Shown here piece after piece: positions 1 to 6,779 of a stretch of 42,841 nt of DNA. Made by a program: the position numbers and the translations under genes. Every line of letters starts with the position of its first letter. The stretch's first letter is position 1. The DNA comes from a virus. Under the pieces are notes generated by a model. It worked only from the letters and a program-made list of their open reading frames with translations, was not told where the DNA came from and did not search any database. Where the stretch lies: IMG/VR virus record IMGVR_UViG_3300045988_007281; one strand, written 5' to 3'.

Positions 1-99
1 GCGCGTCGGTAGACCTGTCCGACGTGCTCGGCTTTACCGGCTGGGCAACCATCACAGAGCTTGGCCTGCTTGCCTTCAAGCGGGTTTTTGCAAAAAAGA
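1..99. repeat. terminal overlap copy 1 (identical to 42743-42841)
   Basis: Base-by-base identity read directly from both ends of the window. Confidence 0.95.
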
Positions 100-116
100 A
101 TGATCCGGTAGAATAA
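1..116 (+). CDS. holin-like two-TM membrane protein, C-terminal part (gene starts at 42595 and crosses the junction)
   Basis: The frame of the 42595 ORF continues through the overlap and stops at TAA 114-116 (..LLAFKRVFAKKNDPVE*). Confidence 0.6.
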   Translation, partial: ASVDLSDVLGFTGWATITELGLLAFKRVFAKKNDPVE

Positions 117-133
117 CGAAAGGGGTACACAAT

Positions 134-346
134 ATGTATAAGCGAGTGAATTTTGAACCGATGGATAAACACCTGTCGGAAAGCATTCGGGGGAAGCTTG
201 AAGAAGCGGAAGCGCTCATCATGCAGCTCCCGGCGGGAAGGAATAGAAGTATCGCCCTGACAAAGTTGGAGGATACAATGCTTCGTGCGAACCTCGCAAT
301 CTCTGACGCGGTTGCGACGAGAAGCGAAAGCGAAACAAAGGACTGA
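134..346 (+). CDS. small soluble helical protein inside the lysis cassette, function unknown
   Basis: 70 aa. SD AAAGGGG lies 8 nt upstream. Looks like a two-helix hairpin with motif RSIALTKLEDTMLRANLAI. Confidence 0.6.
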   Translation: MYKRVNFEPMDKHLSESIRGKLEEAEALIMQLPAGRNRSIALTKLEDTMLRANLAISDAVATRSESETKD

Positions 347-359
347 AAGGAGCATACAT

Positions 360-578
360 ATGGAAAACATCAAGAAGCGGCTCGGCAATCTGCTGAGCGT
401 CAAATCTATCGTCACACTGGTGCTGACGGCGGTATTTGCGTACATGGCAGTCGCCGGGAAAATCTCGCAGGACTTTATGATGGTGTATACCGTCGTGATC
501 GCGTTTTACTTTGGCACACAGAGCCAGAAAGCGCAGGACGCGATTGACAACGCCACGAAGGAGGATGCGCAGAAATGA
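360..578 (+). CDS. holin (two transmembrane segments)
   Basis: Internal ATG of the 285-578 ORF, preceded by GAAAGGAG. 72 aa with TM stretches SIVTLVLTAVFAYMAVAG and FMMVYTVVIAFYFG and a charged C-terminus. ATGA overlap with the endolysin gene. Confidence 0.7.
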   Translation: MENIKKRLGNLLSVKSIVTLVLTAVFAYMAVAGKISQDFMMVYTVVIAFYFGTQSQKAQDAIDNATKEDAQK

Positions 579-1285
579 GCATCAAGATCGGGCAGGCCAG
601 TCTCGGCGAGACGGGCGGCCGCAATCAGCAGCCCGGCAATCAGACCGGGCGGGAGCTGAATATCTCCAACTGGTACAATGGCCGCTGGCTCGGCATCTTG
701 CGCTACAAGAGCCGCAAAAAAGCCGAGCGGGCCGCGCAGACGTGCGAGGCAGCGATTAAAAACCGGAATATCGGTTACGACATGGCCGACAGGAACACGG
801 CGTATGAGGCCGCCAGAGCCGTCGGGTGGGACGTGAGCAGGATCACAAAGCCAGTGGAGACGGACTGCTCCGCGCTCATGATGCTCTGCGCCGTGGCTGC
901 AGGCTGCGCGTCGGTCGAAGCGCTCTACAAAAAGCAGGGCAACAGCTGCACGACATACTGCATGCTGCACGATTGGCCCGCAACGGGCGATTTTGTATTG
1001 CTGACCGGCAGCAAGTATCTGACGACGGACGCCAATCTCCTGCGCGGGGACGTGCTGGTAAGCGAGGGCCATACCGTGATGGCCCTCGAAGATGGAAAAA
1101 ATGCAGAGGAGGAAACAGAAATGGTAGAAAAGAGCAAGATCATCGTGGACGGCAAGGAAGTCGCCGTTGAGCGCATCCTGAAGAACGGCACGAATTACAT
1201 CAAAGTGCGCGATCTGGCCGCCGCGCTGGATCTCGAAGTGAGCAACAAGGGCAATATCGCTGTGCTGAATCACAAGGAAAAGTAA
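575..1285 (+). CDS. endolysin: NlpC/P60- or Amidase_5-like peptidoglycan hydrolase with a C-terminal copper-amine-oxidase-N-like wall-binding domain
   Basis: Motifs IGYDMADRN..DCSALMM..GHTVM (Cys/His hydrolase pattern). C-terminal IIVDGKEVAVERILKNGTNYIKVRDLAAALDLEV. Located directly after the holin. Confidence 0.75.
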   Translation: MSIKIGQASLGETGGRNQQPGNQTGRELNISNWYNGRWLGILRYKSRKKAERAAQTCEAAIKNRNIGYDMADRNTAYEAARAVGWDVSRITKPVETDCSALMMLCAVAAGCASVEALYKKQGNSCTTYCMLHDWPATGDFVLLTGSKYLTTDANLLRGDVLVSEGHTVMALEDGKNAEEETEMVEKSKIIVDGKEVAVERILKNGTNYIKVRDLAAALDLEVSNKGNIAVLNHKEK

Positions 1286-1298
1286 GGAGGCGGGGCGT

Positions 1299-1547
1299 AT
1301 GTCGCCGCAGGCGCGGGCCAAGCTGCCGCCAGAGCTGGGCAGGCTGACCAGAAAGGATATGGAGGCCGTGATCTATCAGGCCAATCTTGGCCGGGAAAAT
1401 GAGAAGATCGCGCAGCTTTATTTTGTCGACAAGCTCCCGCAGGTCGACGTTGCGACAGAGCTGTTCCTGGGCCGCGCCACGGTCCAGCGCCGCCTGCCGG
1501 AGATCATGCGGGAGATGCAGCGGACTTCCAGCAAACTGTACAACTGA
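1299..1547 (+). CDS. sigma-70 region-4-like HTH regulator
   Basis: SD AAGGAGG 8 nt upstream. 82 aa with LTRKDMEAVIY..KIAQLYFVDKLPQVDVATELFLGRATVQRRLPEIMREM, resembling sigma region 4. Confidence 0.55.
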   Translation: MSPQARAKLPPELGRLTRKDMEAVIYQANLGRENEKIAQLYFVDKLPQVDVATELFLGRATVQRRLPEIMREMQRTSSKLYN

Positions 1548-1550
1548 GAT

Positions 1551-1579
1551 AAGCGCCGAGAAATCGGCGCTTATTTTTA
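1551..1579 (+). terminator. rho-independent terminator
   Basis: Perfect 9-bp stem AAGCGCCGA/TCGGCGCTT, GAAA loop, then ATTTTT. Confidence 0.8.
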
Positions 1580-1599
1580 AAAATTTTTGCATTTCCCTC

Positions 1600-1628
1600 T
1601 TGACTTTTGCGCCCAGTGGGCGTATAAT
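1600..1628 (+). promoter_or_regulatory. consensus sigma-A-type promoter P1 with embedded palindromic operator
   Basis: TTGACT (1600-1605), 17-nt spacer, TATAAT (1623-1628), A/T-rich upstream element. Palindrome CGCCCA-G-TGGGCG at 1610-1622 fills the spacer. Confidence 0.8.
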
Positions 1629-1673
1629 AAGACCATAAGATAAAGCAAGGCGAAAGCCGGAAAGAGGTACACC

Positions 1674-1943
1674 ATGGAAACCAAGATCATCAATAACCGC
1701 TACGAACTCATTACTTGCACTGCCATTGCCACCGAGGCTGGCGACACGGAAGTGCAGGACGCGATCCTCTGCCGCACTATGGGCGCCTGCCTGGGCGACG
1801 CATTTTGCGTGTACTTCGGCTACACGCTGGACGATCTGGACGATCTGGATGATCTCGCCGACGCTGACTGCCCTGATTTCAGCGAAGACACGCTTCGCAC
1901 CGTCCGCATCGACGGTCAGCCCATCAGCGCGTACTGCTTCTGA
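1674..1943 (+). CDS. small acidic protein (89 aa), function unknown
   Basis: SD AAGAGG 6 nt upstream. First gene after P1. Contains LDDLDDLDDLADAD. Confidence 0.65.
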   Translation: METKIINNRYELITCTAIATEAGDTEVQDAILCRTMGACLGDAFCVYFGYTLDDLDDLDDLADADCPDFSEDTLRTVRIDGQPISAYCF

Positions 1944-1946
1944 TCG

Positions 1947-2588
1947 ATGGATCGCATCTGTTCTCAGTGCGGTGCGCACTTCGAAGGATTCTCGCGCGAT
2001 ACAAGATGCCAAAAGTGCCGAAGGACTCCAGTGAGAGCCCTTCGCACAAAGGTTTGCGCGGATTGCGGGAAGAGCTATGAAACATATGGTACGCGCTCAT
2101 TTTACTGCCCGGATTGCAGCGAAGCGCGAAAACGGATTGCCCGCGCAGAATGCAGGAAGCGAAAGGCGGCGGGCAAAACCCGCCCCATCGGCTCAAAGGA
2201 TATCTGCGAGCGCTGCGGAGCCGAATACACTGTAGAGGGCGGTTTGCAGCGTTACTGCCCGGACTGCGCCAAAAAGCGCACGAACGAATACTGCCTCGAA
2301 CGCTTTTACAACGGCGGTGCGGAGCAGAGAAGGGCCCGTACTGATTCCAGAGCCATCGCAACAGCGAACTGCATTGTGTGCGGCAAGCCGTTCCCGCTGG
2401 ATGGGGCGCGTGACAAATGCTGCTCGGAGGAATGCCTGCGTATCCGAGCCCGGCAGCTTACTGCGCTGCATTATCAGGAGCATACCGAGCAATACAAAGA
2501 GCGGTGGCAGCAGTGGTATGCAGAAAACAAAGAAGAGTACCTGGAAAAGAAGAAGTCCGCAAAGAAAAGCAAGGAGGAATCCCGATGA
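1947..2588 (+). CDS. multi-zinc-ribbon protein (four CxxC..CxxC units) with a basic coiled C-terminus
   Basis: CSQCG..CQKC, CADCG..CPDC, CERCG..CPDC, CIVCG..CCSEEC. 213 aa. Confidence 0.65.
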   Translation: MDRICSQCGAHFEGFSRDTRCQKCRRTPVRALRTKVCADCGKSYETYGTRSFYCPDCSEARKRIARAECRKRKAAGKTRPIGSKDICERCGAEYTVEGGLQRYCPDCAKKRTNEYCLERFYNGGAEQRRARTDSRAIATANCIVCGKPFPLDGARDKCCSEECLRIRARQLTALHYQEHTEQYKERWQQWYAENKEEYLEKKKSAKKSKEESR

Positions 2589-2926
2589 AACTCACACCCT
2601 TTATTCGTTTCGCCCTCTACACCGAAACCGACGCATACGCCGACCGCGAAGCATACATTTCCGATATGGCGCTATCGAGCGTCTGGGGCGACGCCGAAGA
2701 CGAAGAGATTCCGGCGGAGCGGCTGGCGCTGCTCGGCGGGATCTGGGACGGCACGCACTGCACGATCCCGGAGCTAATCGAGAAATACGGACTGACGCAG
2801 ACCGGCTTTGCGCAGTATTTCAACGTTCCTCTGCGTACCGTGCAGCATTGGTGCCTCGGCGACCGCGCCTGCCCGCCGTATGTGGCCACAATGGCAGCCG
2901 AGATTTTAGCCTTGAACAATCGATAA
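2585..2926 (+). CDS. HTH DNA-binding protein, candidate autoregulator of P1/P2 (Aca-like position)
   Basis: ATGA overlap with the upstream gene. C-terminal GLTQTGFAQYFNVPLRTVQHWCLGDRACPPYV is a typical XRE-like HTH motif. Last gene of the operon. Confidence 0.65.
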   Translation: MKLTPFIRFALYTETDAYADREAYISDMALSSVWGDAEDEEIPAERLALLGGIWDGTHCTIPELIEKYGLTQTGFAQYFNVPLRTVQHWCLGDRACPPYVATMAAEILALNNR

Positions 2927-2932
2927 AAAAGC

Positions 2933-2966
2933 AAGCGCCGGATGGGCTTCCGGCGCTTATTTTTTA
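2933..2966 (+). terminator. rho-independent terminator (A-run upstream, possibly bidirectional)
   Basis: Perfect 10-bp stem AAGCGCCGGA/TCCGGCGCTT, 6-nt loop, then ATTTTTT. Confidence 0.8.
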
Positions 2967-2986
2967 TAACTTTTTTCATTTTCCTC

Positions 2987-3015
2987 TTGACTTCTGCGCC
3001 CAGTGGGCGTATAAT
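2987..3015 (+). promoter_or_regulatory. consensus promoter P2, near-identical duplicate of P1
   Basis: TTGACT (2987-2992), 17-nt spacer, TATAAT (3010-3015). Same palindrome at 2997-3009. 2978-3031 matches 1591-1644 at 52 of 54 positions. Confidence 0.8.
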
Positions 3016-3053
3016 AAGACCATAAGATAAATTAAATGACGGAGGTAAATAAA

Positions 3054-3257
3054 ATGTACGAAATGAACAGGGATATGATGGCCACCATGATCCGCGACTG
3101 GCTGGCAGACAATGCAGAGGAGATGGCCGACCTGGTCGTCGATTACGGCAGTATCCGGTACGACGATGATGAAGAAGAGTGGATCGCCGACGCGCACGAC
3201 GACAGCACCAGCTACACGCTCAAGGCTTGCAGCGATGGTTTCATCCGCATCTGCTGA
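3054..3257 (+). CDS. small highly acidic protein (67 aa), function unknown
   Basis: GGAGG 8 nt upstream of ATG 3054. Sequence ..YDDDEEEWIADAHDDS.. Confidence 0.65.
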   Translation: MYEMNRDMMATMIRDWLADNAEEMADLVVDYGSIRYDDDEEEWIADAHDDSTSYTLKACSDGFIRIC

Positions 3258-3292
3258 TGATTGCGGCCAACGCAAGCAAGGAGGACGCGGGA

Positions 3293-3832
3293 ATGAACGG
3301 CTATCAGCAAGCGATCCTCATGCTGCTCGGCGTTGATACCTGCGGCAAGTTCCTTGTGCGCTGCGTTGATCGCTGGTACATCGACGCGGTTGCCGAGCTT
3401 TTCCCAACCGCGCCATACCTCCAGCACCGCGCAGATGGAAAGAAAGACTTTTGGGTTGTGAAATCCGCGAAGGTGCATCTTCTCCCGTCCCTCGCCGATG
3501 TGACGGATTGGCAGGGATTTTGCCGCGGTGTGGTGGAGCTGCAAGCTTGCCTTGATCTCTGGCCGCACAAGGTACGTGGCAAGCCCATCAGGACACCACG
3601 GCTGCGGGTTTACGGGCAGCCTGAGCTTTTAACGCAAGTATCCTCGCATTTTCCGGCAGGGCCGAAAAAGCTGCAATTTCGGCGCACGCAGACCGGCGAA
3701 ACGTGCGTCCTGTACTATCAAAGCCCGGCAGAAGTTGCTGATATTCTCGATTCGCTGCACGGCGAACCTTGCAACCACGAACTCTGGGCCCGCTGGGACG
3801 CGCTCATGCAACAAAACAAGCCCGTGGAATAA
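3293..3832 (+). CDS. hypothetical protein (179 aa), possibly a degenerate double-LAGLIDADG-like fold
   Basis: SD AAGGAGG upstream of internal ATG 3293. Segments LMLLGVDTCGKF and GFCRGVVELQACLD loosely resemble the two LAGLIDADG helices. Confidence 0.55.
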   Translation: MNGYQQAILMLLGVDTCGKFLVRCVDRWYIDAVAELFPTAPYLQHRADGKKDFWVVKSAKVHLLPSLADVTDWQGFCRGVVELQACLDLWPHKVRGKPIRTPRLRVYGQPELLTQVSSHFPAGPKKLQFRRTQTGETCVLYYQSPAEVADILDSLHGEPCNHELWARWDALMQQNKPVE

Positions 3833-3850
3833 CCGCGGGCTTAAATTTTG
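3818..3850 (+). terminator. candidate terminator overlapping the stop codon
   Basis: 10-bp stem AAGCCCGTGG/CCGCGGGCTT (one G-U pair), AATAA loop, then AAATTTT. Confidence 0.5.
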
Positions 3851-3925
3851 AACCAAATTGATACACAACTGAGGCACAAGAAGCCGCAAAAAAGCCCATA
3901 CTGGACACACAAAGGAGTGTTCGGT

Positions 3926-4309
3926 ATGGGCTTTTCTTATTTTAATCCAAACCCCGCCGGGCTGAAAGTCGGGGACTGCACCGTCCGGGCCATCGCAAAG
4001 GCGACCGGGAAGAGCTGGGACGAGGTGTATATCGGATTGTGCCTGCAAGGACTCATCATGGGAGATCTGCCGAGCGCAAACAGCGTATGGAGCGCTTACC
4101 TCCGGCAGCAGGGCTTTACCCGGAACGTAATCCCGAACACGTGCCCGGACTGCTATACCGTCGCGGATTTCTGCGCAGATCATCCGCGCGGCGTGTATGT
4201 GCTGGCGTTATCAAGCCACGTTGTGTGCGTGGAGGATGGGACGTATTTTGACACGTGGGATTCTGGGAGTGAAATCCCACTGTTTTATTGGGCAAAGGAG
4301 GAAGCATGA
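3926..4309 (+). CDS. papain-like (Cys/His) fold protein, function unknown
   Basis: AAAGGAG 8 nt upstream of internal ATG. Motifs GDCTVRAIAKA ... SSHVVCVEDGTYFDTWDSG. Confidence 0.55.
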   Translation: MGFSYFNPNPAGLKVGDCTVRAIAKATGKSWDEVYIGLCLQGLIMGDLPSANSVWSAYLRQQGFTRNVIPNTCPDCYTVADFCADHPRGVYVLALSSHVVCVEDGTYFDTWDSGSEIPLFYWAKEEA

Positions 4310-4779
4310 TGTTTGGACAACAGCCGTATGTGTATCAGCAGCCGATTTATAATCAGCCAATCGGCCAACCAATTAGTCAGCCAATTCAGGAGCCAATGAT
4401 GCGTCCGCAGTATCAGCCCGCGCCGCAGATGCCGGCTTACCAACCGCAGCCCCAGCAGCCGCAGAATCAGTCGATCATCTGGATCCCGAACGAACAGGCC
4501 GCAAACGACTTTATCGTCGCGCCAAACAATGCGGTAACGCTTTGGGATATGAACGCGCCGGTCGTGTATGTGAAAAAGGCCGATGCAAGCGGCAAGCCGA
4601 CCATGACAACCTACGATCTCGTAGAGCGCGCACAGGCCGTTATAACGCCCGCAGCGCCGCGAAGGGACATGAGTGAGGAATACGTGACGCGCAAGGAGTT
4701 TGACGAGCTGGTAGCCAAGCTGACGGCCCCCAGCGCCAGACCGGCGAGAAAGGCAAAGGAGGCTGAAAGCGATGGCTAA
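4306..4779 (+). CDS. protein with a ~50-aa Q/P-rich low-complexity N-terminus
   Basis: AAAGGAGG upstream and ATGA overlap. QQPYVYQQPIYNQPIGQPISQPIQ...QPQPQQPQNQ, followed by a globular part. Confidence 0.6.
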   Translation: MMFGQQPYVYQQPIYNQPIGQPISQPIQEPMMRPQYQPAPQMPAYQPQPQQPQNQSIIWIPNEQAANDFIVAPNNAVTLWDMNAPVVYVKKADASGKPTMTTYDLVERAQAVITPAAPRRDMSEEYVTRKEFDELVAKLTAPSARPARKAKEAESDG

Positions 4780-4990
4780 CCCCCTGTTTCAGGCCCTAGG
4801 CGGCGGACAGATGCCCGGGCAGATGGGGCAGTTCCAGAACATGATACAGCAGTTCCGGCAATTCCAGAACAGCTTTCAGGGTGACCCAAAAGCAGAGGTC
4901 GAAAAGCTTGTGCAAAGCGGGAAAATCTCGCAGCAGCAGTTGAATCAGCTGCAGCAGGTGGCGGGGCAATTCCGGCAGCTGCTGCAATAG
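4772..4990 (+). CDS. small Q-rich protein (72 aa)
   Basis: AAGGAGG 9 nt upstream. GQMGQFQNMIQQFRQFQNSFQ.. Confidence 0.55.
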   Translation: MANPLFQALGGGQMPGQMGQFQNMIQQFRQFQNSFQGDPKAEVEKLVQSGKISQQQLNQLQQVAGQFRQLLQ

Positions 4991-5019
4991 TTCGGGAATT
5001 CCGAACAGTTGAACGATCA

Positions 5020-5035
5020 AAATCGTGGCCACGAT
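5020..5035. repeat. perfect 16-bp palindrome AATCGTGGCCACGATT
   Basis: Read directly from the sequence. Preceded by a second hairpin, GTTCGG-GAATT-CCGAAC, at 4989-5005. Confidence 0.8.
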
Positions 5036-5065
5036 TGAGATAAATCTTTTGAATCTACGAAAGGA

Positions 5066-5833
5066 ATGAAAAATATGAGTTTGAATGACGGCGCCCCGAC
5101 CATGACAATGCCCGTCGCGCCTACCGGTATGACAGGCGGCGGCTGGGGCGGCTTCGGCGGCGATAATGGCTGGTGGTTCATCATCCTGTTCCTTGCCATT
5201 TTCTGCGGCTGGGGCGGCAATGGAAACGGCTTCGGCAACAACGGCAGAAATTCCGGCGGCGTTGTAGACGGCTATGTGCTGGCCTCTGACTTCTCCAACA
5301 TCGAGCGCAAGATCGACAGTGTAAATCAGGGACTTTGCGACGGATTTTACCAGCAGGCGCAGCTTGTCAACGGCGCCAACATGGCGATGGCAAACGGCTT
5401 TGCTCAGGCCGAGCTTTCCCGCTGCAACCAGCAGGCCGCGCTCATGCAGCAGCTTAACGCGATGCAGATGCAGGCGCAGGAGTGCTGCTGCGAAAACCGC
5501 GCTGCAATCGCCCAGGTGCGCTATGACATGGCGACGCAGGCGTGCGACACCCGCAACACCGTGCAGAACACCACCCGCGACATCATCGACGCAATGAACT
5601 GCGGCTTCCGCAGCATCGACCAGCGTCTGACGGCGCAGGAGCTTGCGGCGAAGGACGCGAAGATTGCCGAGCAGAACCAGCAGCTTTTCGGCTACCAGCT
5701 GGCGGCGTCGCAGGCGGCACAGAACAATTACCTTGTTTCCACGCTTCGCCCGAGTCCCAGCCCGGCCTATGTTGTAGCGAATCCGTACTGCTGCAACAGC
5801 GGATACAACTACGGCTGCGGCAACTGCGCGTAA
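5066..5833 (+). CDS. Gly/Trp-rich membrane-anchored, Cys-rich coiled protein (alternative start at 5075)
   Basis: GGGWGGFGGDNGWWFIILFLAIFCGWGGNGNGFG, a QECCCENR motif, and C-terminal PYCCNSGYNYGCGNCA. Confidence 0.6.
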   Translation: MKNMSLNDGAPTMTMPVAPTGMTGGGWGGFGGDNGWWFIILFLAIFCGWGGNGNGFGNNGRNSGGVVDGYVLASDFSNIERKIDSVNQGLCDGFYQQAQLVNGANMAMANGFAQAELSRCNQQAALMQQLNAMQMQAQECCCENRAAIAQVRYDMATQACDTRNTVQNTTRDIIDAMNCGFRSIDQRLTAQELAAKDAKIAEQNQQLFGYQLAASQAAQNNYLVSTLRPSPSPAYVVANPYCCNSGYNYGCGNCA

Positions 5834-5907
5834 CAACTCCACATCGTAGAGCTTTTTCGTGGCCTCACGAAAATGGTCGGCCCCCATTGCCGATACTCGA
5901 TAGCAAC

Positions 5908-5941
5908 GCGGCGGGGCAATCGTCCCGCCGCTGTATTTTTT
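5908..5941 (+). terminator. rho-independent terminator
   Basis: GCGGCGGG/CCCGCCGC 8-bp GC stem, then TGTATTTTTT. Confidence 0.7.
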
Positions 5942-5958
5942 ATGAAAGGAATGATTTT

Positions 5959-6381
5959 ATGGCTGAATTTACATCATCCGGGATTCAAACTGTCGCCGCT
6001 GGGCAGAACGTCCCTCTGATCTCCACGGCAGCTTGCGGAAAGCCGTGCATCGTACATCGAGAAGGAAGCGGGCTCGTTACGCTGCGCGGGCTTACGCAGC
6101 AATGCAAGGCGAAGTTCCGCGTATCCTTTGGCGCGAATATCGCTATCCCTACAGGCGGAACAGTAGGCGCCATTACCGCTGCGCTCGCAATCAACGGCGA
6201 ACCTCTGAGCAGCGCCACAGCGACCGTAACTCCTGCGGCTGTTGAGAACTATTTCAACATCTTCGTTTCCACATTCGTGGAAGTCCCGCGCGGCTGCTGC
6301 CTGACTGTAGCGGCGAAGAACACCAGCGCGCAGGCGGTCAGTTTCGCAAATAGCAATATGATTGTCGAGCGCGTATCGTGA
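5959..6381 (+). CDS. small beta-rich protein resembling BclA C-terminal / C1q-TNF-like jelly-roll domains
   Basis: AAAGGA 8 nt upstream. Pattern FRVSFGANIAIPTGG..ALAINGEPL..TVAAKNTS..NSNMIVERV. Confidence 0.5.
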   Translation: MAEFTSSGIQTVAAGQNVPLISTAACGKPCIVHREGSGLVTLRGLTQQCKAKFRVSFGANIAIPTGGTVGAITAALAINGEPLSSATATVTPAAVENYFNIFVSTFVEVPRGCCLTVAAKNTSAQAVSFANSNMIVERVS

Positions 6382-6395
6382 AAGGAGGATGCAAT

Positions 6396-6767
6396 ATGTA
6401 CGATTTGAGAAACCTGCGTGAAATGCTCTGCAAAGAGCTTGACGAAATCGCAGATAAGCGCGAAATGTCTGCGGGCGACCTGGACGCGATCCAGAAGCTG
6501 ACGAGCTCCATCAAGAATACCTACAAGATCGAGATGGCTGAAGACGGCGGCTATTCCCGCGATGGCGAGTGGGAGGCGGATATGCGCGGTACTTACGGCC
6601 GGGGCAGCTCTTACCGTGGCCGCCGCCGTGACGCAATGGGTCGCTACAGCCGCACAGACGCCCGCGAGCATATGCATGCGCAGCTGGAGGATATGATGCG
6701 CGACGCGGACGACGATAAGACCCGCGAAGCGATCCGCCGCTGCATGGAGCAGATCGAGCGGGCATAA
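6396..6767 (+). CDS. hypothetical protein with an R/G/Y/S-rich central segment
   Basis: AAAGGAGG upstream of ATG 6396. GGYSRDGEWEADMRGTYGRGSSYRGRRRDAMGRYSR flanked by helical ends. Confidence 0.6.
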   Translation: MYDLRNLREMLCKELDEIADKREMSAGDLDAIQKLTSSIKNTYKIEMAEDGGYSRDGEWEADMRGTYGRGSSYRGRRRDAMGRYSRTDAREHMHAQLEDMMRDADDDKTREAIRRCMEQIERA

Positions 6768-6779
6768 GGGGGATATGAT

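Noticed and set aside
1-99. Interpreting the 99-bp repeat as a physical direct terminal repeat (T7-like ends).
   Set aside because: It lies inside an ORF that is completed only by joining the ends. The terminase looks headful-type, and the length matches a common assembler k-mer. Read-level data are needed to be certain.
506-1321. Long minus-strand ORF (271 aa) antisense to the endolysin. Similar cases are 4796-5887(-), 26988-27956(-), 32243-33592(-), 31504-32295(-), 36918-37562(-), 30595-31392(-) and 19940-20932(-).
   Set aside because: These are high-GC shadow ORFs opposite well-supported genes. Their translations are Arg/Ala/Gly/Cys-rich low-complexity text. They have no SD sites and would break the tightly coupled + strand operons.
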